Shown one piece after another: positions 63,553 to 64,000 of a stretch of 64,000 nucleotides of DNA (position 1 is its first letter; every line of letters begins with the position of its first letter). The notes beneath the pieces were generated by a model. The model was not told where the DNA came from and ran no database searches. It was given only the letters and a program-made list of their open reading frames with translations. This stretch comes from Candidatus Moraniibacteriota bacterium. Lineage in GTDB: Bacteria; Patescibacteriota; Minisyncoccia; Moranbacterales; UBA1568. Position numbers and translations under genes: made by a program. Location of the stretch: the NCBI GenBank assembly GCA_018061645.1, contig JAGOTT010000004.1:4784-68783 (forward strand). The letters run 5' to 3'.

Positions 63553-64000
63553 ATGAGCTTCGTGACAGCAGCGACAACCCAGGCTGAAAAGGCGCTGGAG
63601 TGGGCAAACAAGTGGCACCAGACCGTCGTCCTCTGGACGATCGTCGGTGGCACCTTCGTCGTCATGCTCGGGGTCTTCGCCAATCTGGTCGGATTCCCCG
63701 GGTTCAACTTCATCCTTGCCACGGTCGCACTGCTCGCCGGGATATTCTTCCTGACGAAACCGGTGATCGTCCTCTCGGTGTTCGGTATCGGTTCGCTTAC
63801 AAGCGGCCTGCCGAACTTCAAAACCAGCGACGTCCTCACTAAGGGCTTCGCCGGACTGCCCGACTTCGAACTCAAGAAATTCCTCGGAGCCGGATGGGCG
63901 GCGATCGAAGCGACCGCTCACCAAGTCGCGCATGTGTTTTTCTTCCTAACGGTACTCTTCGTCGTCCTGGGCACGTTCCCGATAAGCGACCCGACGCTGG
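63553..64000 (+). CDS. hypothetical polytopic membrane protein (runs off the window end)
   Basis: AGGAGAAAGAAA-ATG at 63553. The protein begins MSFVTAATTQAEKALEWANKWHQTVVLWTIVGG... with multiple TM helices. Confidence 0.5.
   Translation, partial: MSFVTAATTQAEKALEWANKWHQTVVLWTIVGGTFVVMLGVFANLVGFPGFNFILATVALLAGIFFLTKPVIVLSVFGIGSLTSGLPNFKTSDVLTKGFAGLPDFELKKFLGAGWAAIEATAHQVAHVFFFLTVLFVVLGTFPISDPTL

Overview
This 64 kb window is a gene-dense, GC-rich (roughly high-50s %) bacterial chromosome segment, almost entirely core informational machinery on the minus strand. It carries the str and S10/spc ribosomal gene cluster in canonical order, rpoB-rpoC, gyrB, the nrdR-ftsZ-ftsA block, several housekeeping genes and six tRNA-type genes.

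The r-protein cluster has no rpmD (L30) between rpsE and rplO. L22, S19, S21 and HisRS carry Lys/Ala/Glu-rich tails. ThrRS lacks the TGS domain. ComEC is split into two coupled genes. Together these fit a reduced-genome lineage (CPR/Patescibacteria-like), but this is inference only.

The features that ordinary annotation does not explain are:
- a tRNA-Pro locus (about 52858..53200) in which an intact tRNA-Pro(TGG) sits inside a diverged tRNA-Pro-like gene, next to a further degenerate copy;
- a degenerate tRNA-Gly copy carrying a 45-nt hairpin in its anticodon loop;
- a conserved roughly 27-nt AT-rich motif upstream of S7, nusA and gyrB;
- short (AGGAACA)n-type repeats and an operator-like direct repeat around clpP;
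- a 0.5 kb structured non-coding leader upstream of rpoB;
- a self-contained two-gene operon of small proteins beside tRNA-Pro(GGG);
- a lower-GC PaaX-like cassette bracketed by 23-nt direct repeats and a 48-nt perfect palindrome, followed by a strong consensus promoter driving a Lys/Glu-rich tail-anchored protein and a membrane protein.

Internal start coordinates were refined by hand from the ORF track. A few may be off by 1-3 nt.
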